Of a stretch of 64,000 nucleotides of DNA, positions 61,124 to 64,000 are shown piece by piece. A program made the translations under genes and the position numbers. The stretch covers positions 15,419 to 79,418 of the forward strand of contig CAZKVP010000003.1 of NCBI GenBank assembly GCA_964556215.1, written 5' to 3'. The DNA is from an uncultured Phycisphaeraceae bacterium. Its GTDB lineage: Bacteria > Planctomycetota > Phycisphaerae > Phycisphaerales > Phycisphaeraceae. Under the pieces are notes generated by a model, which saw nothing but the letters and a program-made list of their open reading frames with translations, was not told where the DNA came from and ran no database searches. Positions within the stretch are counted from its first letter, which is position 1; each line of letters begins with the position of its first letter.

Positions 61124-61238
61124 CAAACCGCACTCCCACGAAAGAAGTCCGCCAAAATTCCCGCCACTTACCCTTGACGCGGGGGGCGCCAAGGCCGATG
61201 ATGCCGTGCCGTTTTGCATTTCCTTTGCCGAGGTACCC

Positions 61239-61469
61239 ATGTCTGAAGCACACGACTCCGCCGCCAATGCCACCGCACTTTTTGCCCTGGCCCTGGAAAA
61301 CGCGTTCATCACCCTGCCTGAAGCCCAGCGCGAGGTCCTGCGCCTTAAGTTCAAACGCGGCTGGGGTTATCCGCAGATCGCCGAAGCCACCGGGCAATCG
61401 GCATCCTCGGTGGCTTACCTCGTCCATCACGGGATGAAAAACCTCGCCACCCGCGCTGAAAAGGCCTGA
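61239..61469 (+). CDS. Sigma-70 region-4-only protein (ECF-type HTH, no region 2)
   Basis: LPEAQREVLRLKFKRGWGYPQIAEATGQSASSVAYLVHHGMKNL. Only 115 nt separate it from the GNAT stop, so there is no room for region 2. Confidence 0.6.
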   Translation: MSEAHDSAANATALFALALENAFITLPEAQREVLRLKFKRGWGYPQIAEATGQSASSVAYLVHHGMKNLATRAEKA

Positions 61470-61517
61470 TTCCGGATTTTCCCCCCGCCACCGGCGACCC
61501 CTTACAACCCACACGCC

Positions 61518-63158
61518 ATGGATCTTGAAATCCTCCACATCCGACTGACCGCCTACGCCTTGGGCGAACTCGATGCCGCGCAGCGCGCTGACATTGAGCG
61601 CATTTTGACCGAGAGCCAGGATGCCCGCGACCATGTGGCGCGCACCAAGAACATCGCCAAAGCCATCAAGGAACTGCTGCCGCAGAATGCCGAAGATGTG
61701 CAACCGGTGACCCCGGCCGAATACAGGATGCGCCAGCAAAGCGGCCTGACGGGGAGCCATGCGAACATCCCTTCGCCGTTCGCCGCCCCCAGCCAAACCC
61801 CAACGGGTACGCACGCCACCTCCGCGCAGGCCGCCGGCAAGGGCCTTGTCTGGCTGCTGGCCGGCTGTTGCGCGTTGCTGGCCGTGGGCTGGTTGTGGCA
61901 ACTCAAAGCCGCCCCGCCGGCACCCCGGCAAAACGCGGCCGCGGAAGACGACTCGAAAACCAAAGCCCGGTTGGCGGAAGCCAAACAAGCCGTCATCGCG
62001 GCCCAAGCCGCCTTGAACCAAGAGCGCGCCGTCCACGCCGAATTGGAAGCCAAACTCGCCGAAGCGCAGAAAAACGCCCAAAACACCCAGGGTGCGTCGG
62101 ACGCACTGGAAGAAGAGAAAAAAAGCCTTGAAGCGGCCAAAGCGCAATTGGACGGCGAACTGGCCTACGCCAAATCGCTGGCCGCAGCCGTCCACCAGCC
62201 CTTTGTCCCCACCCAAGCCCAGGTCATGCTGGCGCTTCCCGCCAGCACCGGCAACCACACGCTGGAAACCATCACCGACGCCTTGACCCAAGGGGCCCTG
62301 CCGCCGCCGGACCAAGTGGATGCCAGCGATCTGCTGCAATCCTTCAAATACAACTATGCAGCCCCCCCGCCCGGCCAGAGCCTGCCCCTGCTGGCCTGCT
62401 CGCTGTGCACCTGCCCATGGTCCGAGGGGCATGTTCTGGCGCGCATCACGCTGACCGCCGGCACCCAGGCGGCCACCTTGTCCTCGCTGCAGGTCGAATT
62501 CAACCCCACAAAAGTGGGCAGCTGGCGCCCAATCGGGCGGGAAGTCAAACTTGAAAACGGCACCGCCGGCGGGCAGGGAACCGGCGAGTTGAAGGCCGGC
62601 GCCACCCTCACGCTCCTGGTCGAATTGATCCCCGCCACCGACCCGATGGCCCCGCTGACGGCCAAGCGCGCCGAACTAAGCCAGCAAATGACGGCCGCCC
62701 AACGGCAGGTCGCCGCCGGGGGCGACGCCACCGCCTTGGCCGAAGCCAAATTGCTCTATGAGGGCCTGCGCCTTGACCTGCAGGAATTGGATGCCAAAAT
62801 CGCCGCCACCAAGAGCGACGCCCCTGTTTGGCGCTATTTGCAGCCCGCCCAACCGACATCCCAAGCCGCGTCCGGCGACTGGCTCGCCGTAACCGCGTCG
62901 TTCACGGACGGCTCCGGCAAAGCCGTCCCCACCCAGGCACTTTTGTCCGGCGCGGCCAAGCCGTTCACCGATACGGATGCCGATTTCCGCCTGGCGGCGG
63001 CGGCGGCGGCCTTCGGCATGGTGCTGCACGAATCCCCCAACCGCGGCGGGGCGAATTTGGAACTGGTGGGCAACCTGCTCAGGGACCTGCCGCAAAGCGA
63101 TGACGGTGTCAAAACGCTCACAGATCTGGCAAAGCAAGCCGCCGAGATCCTGCCATGA
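61518..63158 (+). CDS. Anti-sigma-like membrane protein with coiled coil and YfbK-like N-terminal and C-terminal modules, but no vWA domain
   Basis: N-terminus LTAYALGELDAAQRADIE. TM helix LVWLLAGCCALLAVGWLW. LPPPDQVDASDLLQSFKYNY, LQVEFNP and DADFRLAAAAAAFGMVL. Confidence 0.65.
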   Translation: MDLEILHIRLTAYALGELDAAQRADIERILTESQDARDHVARTKNIAKAIKELLPQNAEDVQPVTPAEYRMRQQSGLTGSHANIPSPFAAPSQTPTGTHATSAQAAGKGLVWLLAGCCALLAVGWLWQLKAAPPAPRQNAAAEDDSKTKARLAEAKQAVIAAQAALNQERAVHAELEAKLAEAQKNAQNTQGASDALEEEKKSLEAAKAQLDGELAYAKSLAAAVHQPFVPTQAQVMLALPASTGNHTLETITDALTQGALPPPDQVDASDLLQSFKYNYAAPPPGQSLPLLACSLCTCPWSEGHVLARITLTAGTQAATLSSLQVEFNPTKVGSWRPIGREVKLENGTAGGQGTGELKAGATLTLLVELIPATDPMAPLTAKRAELSQQMTAAQRQVAAGGDATALAEAKLLYEGLRLDLQELDAKIAATKSDAPVWRYLQPAQPTSQAASGDWLAVTASFTDGSGKAVPTQALLSGAAKPFTDTDADFRLAAAAAAFGMVLHESPNRGGANLELVGNLLRDLPQSDDGVKTLTDLAKQAAEILP

Positions 63159-64000
63159 GCGTCCTTGTTCTGGCCAACCCCTTCAGCGGCAGCGGCCCCA
63201 ACCGCGCCCACATGGAGGCGCTCACGCGCGAATTGGCGGCCTTTGGCATCAATACCCACATCGCCTGGTCGCCGGCCGAAGGGCGCGGGCTCTTGGCTGA
63301 CTTTGGCGGCCACGCCCGCGCGGTGGTGGCCGCCGGCGGCGACGGTTCGATCGCCGCCGTGCTGGGCATGATGCAGGCAGCCGGCATGCTGCCGCAGGTG
63401 CCCTTTGCCACTTTCCCCATGGGCAACGAGAACCTGTTCGCCAAACACTTCGGCTTTGCGCGCAACCCCGGGCAACTCGCCGCCCATCTGGCCCGCGGCC
63501 AAACCCGTCCGGCCGATTTGGGGCTGGCCACCTGCGGTGAAGGGCAACCCCGCCTGTTCTCCCTGATGGCCGGCATGGGCCTGGATGCCGAAGTGGTGCG
63601 CCGGATCGAATCCTGGCGCCATGCCCCCACCGCTGACAATCCGCACCGCAAGCACCGCGTGACACGCCGCAGTTACGCCCCGCACATCCTCAAGGCCGTG
63701 CTGAAATACCCCACCCCGCCGGTGGTGCTGGAGGCCGGCGGCCAAACCCACACCGGCGCACTGGCCATGGTGTGCAACCTGGCCGAGTACGGCGGCGGCC
63801 TGAAATTCGCGGTCCATGCCAAGGATGACGACGGCCTGCTGGATTGGGTGCTCTTCACCAAAGGCAGCGCCGTGGCCGGCCTGCGCTACGCCTTCAGCGC
63901 CTACTTGGGCCGCCACCTGCGGCTGGCCGATGTGCTGCACGGGCAGGCGAAAAAGATCACCGTGCACGGGCCCGGCGCGCCGGTGCCGGCCCAAATCGAC
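63155..64000 (+). CDS. Diacylglycerol/lipid kinase (YegS/BmrU family), 3'-truncated by the window end
   Basis: ATGA overlap with the upstream stop. The frame is open to base 64000. Motifs VLANPFSGSG and VVAAGGDGSIAAVL. Confidence 0.8.
   Translation, partial: MSVLVLANPFSGSGPNRAHMEALTRELAAFGINTHIAWSPAEGRGLLADFGGHARAVVAAGGDGSIAAVLGMMQAAGMLPQVPFATFPMGNENLFAKHFGFARNPGQLAAHLARGQTRPADLGLATCGEGQPRLFSLMAGMGLDAEVVRRIESWRHAPTADNPHRKHRVTRRSYAPHILKAVLKYPTPPVVLEAGGQTHTGALAMVCNLAEYGGGLKFAVHAKDDDGLLDWVLFTKGSAVAGLRYAFSAYLGRHLRLADVLHGQAKKITVHGPGAPVPAQID

Noticed and set aside
60482-61354. N-terminal 291 codons of the listed 1110-aa ORF 58022..61354
   Set aside because: This part overlaps the GNAT gene on the other strand and has a shadow-ORF composition. 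The conserved-looking protein starts at MLNHLLPS (60481).

Overview
G+C-rich bacterial chromosomal segment. It is mostly housekeeping genes on both strands, with about 50 supportable CDS and one tRNA. I found no rRNA, CRISPR array, transposase or integrase. Gene content suggests a member of the PVC superphylum (Verrucomicrobiota/Planctomycetota); this is an inference only. The clues are a HEAT/CxxCH heme protein, tandem DUF1080 lipoproteins, many lipoproteins, few Shine-Dalgarno sites and several apparently leaderless genes.

Gene blocks, in order:
- 1-6.4 kb: sugar-oxidation-type cluster.
- 6.7-12.5 kb: tig, panC, argH and an aroD-aroE fusion.
- 13.1-20.3 kb: envelope-to-cAMP signalling cluster (outer-membrane barrel, lipoprotein, FecR-like protein, CHASE2 cyclase) facing a cNMP-binding PP2C phosphatase.
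- 20.4-31.7 kb: cysK, permease, two-domain protease, glycan esterases, cstA.
- 31.7-36.1 kb: argF, argB, GroES-like gene, aroA, sirC-like gene.
- 36.1-40.6 kb: rearranged block nusG-secE-tRNA-Trp / rplL-rplJ-rplA-rplK.
- 40.7-45.8 kb: tsaB, clpC, glnS.
- 45.9-48.2 kb: A/T-richer islet with a nucleotidyltransferase pair and an AIPR-like abortive-infection protein.
- 48.3-57.9 kb: asd, histone-H1-like protein, acnA, prlC, queG, hflX.
- 58-64 kb: large EF-hand membrane protein, GNAT, sigma region-4-only protein, anti-sigma protein, lipid kinase.

Most unusual signals:
- A structured palindromic element is present twice. One copy is inserted exactly in frame (45 codons) in queG, which resembles Rickettsia palindromic elements.
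- The low-GC defence-like islet.
- The trans-envelope cyclase operon.
- A 114-nt perfect-arm palindrome downstream of hflX.
- A small basic protein that shares a stringent-type promoter with rplK.

All family assignments come from motif recognition by eye; no searches were run.
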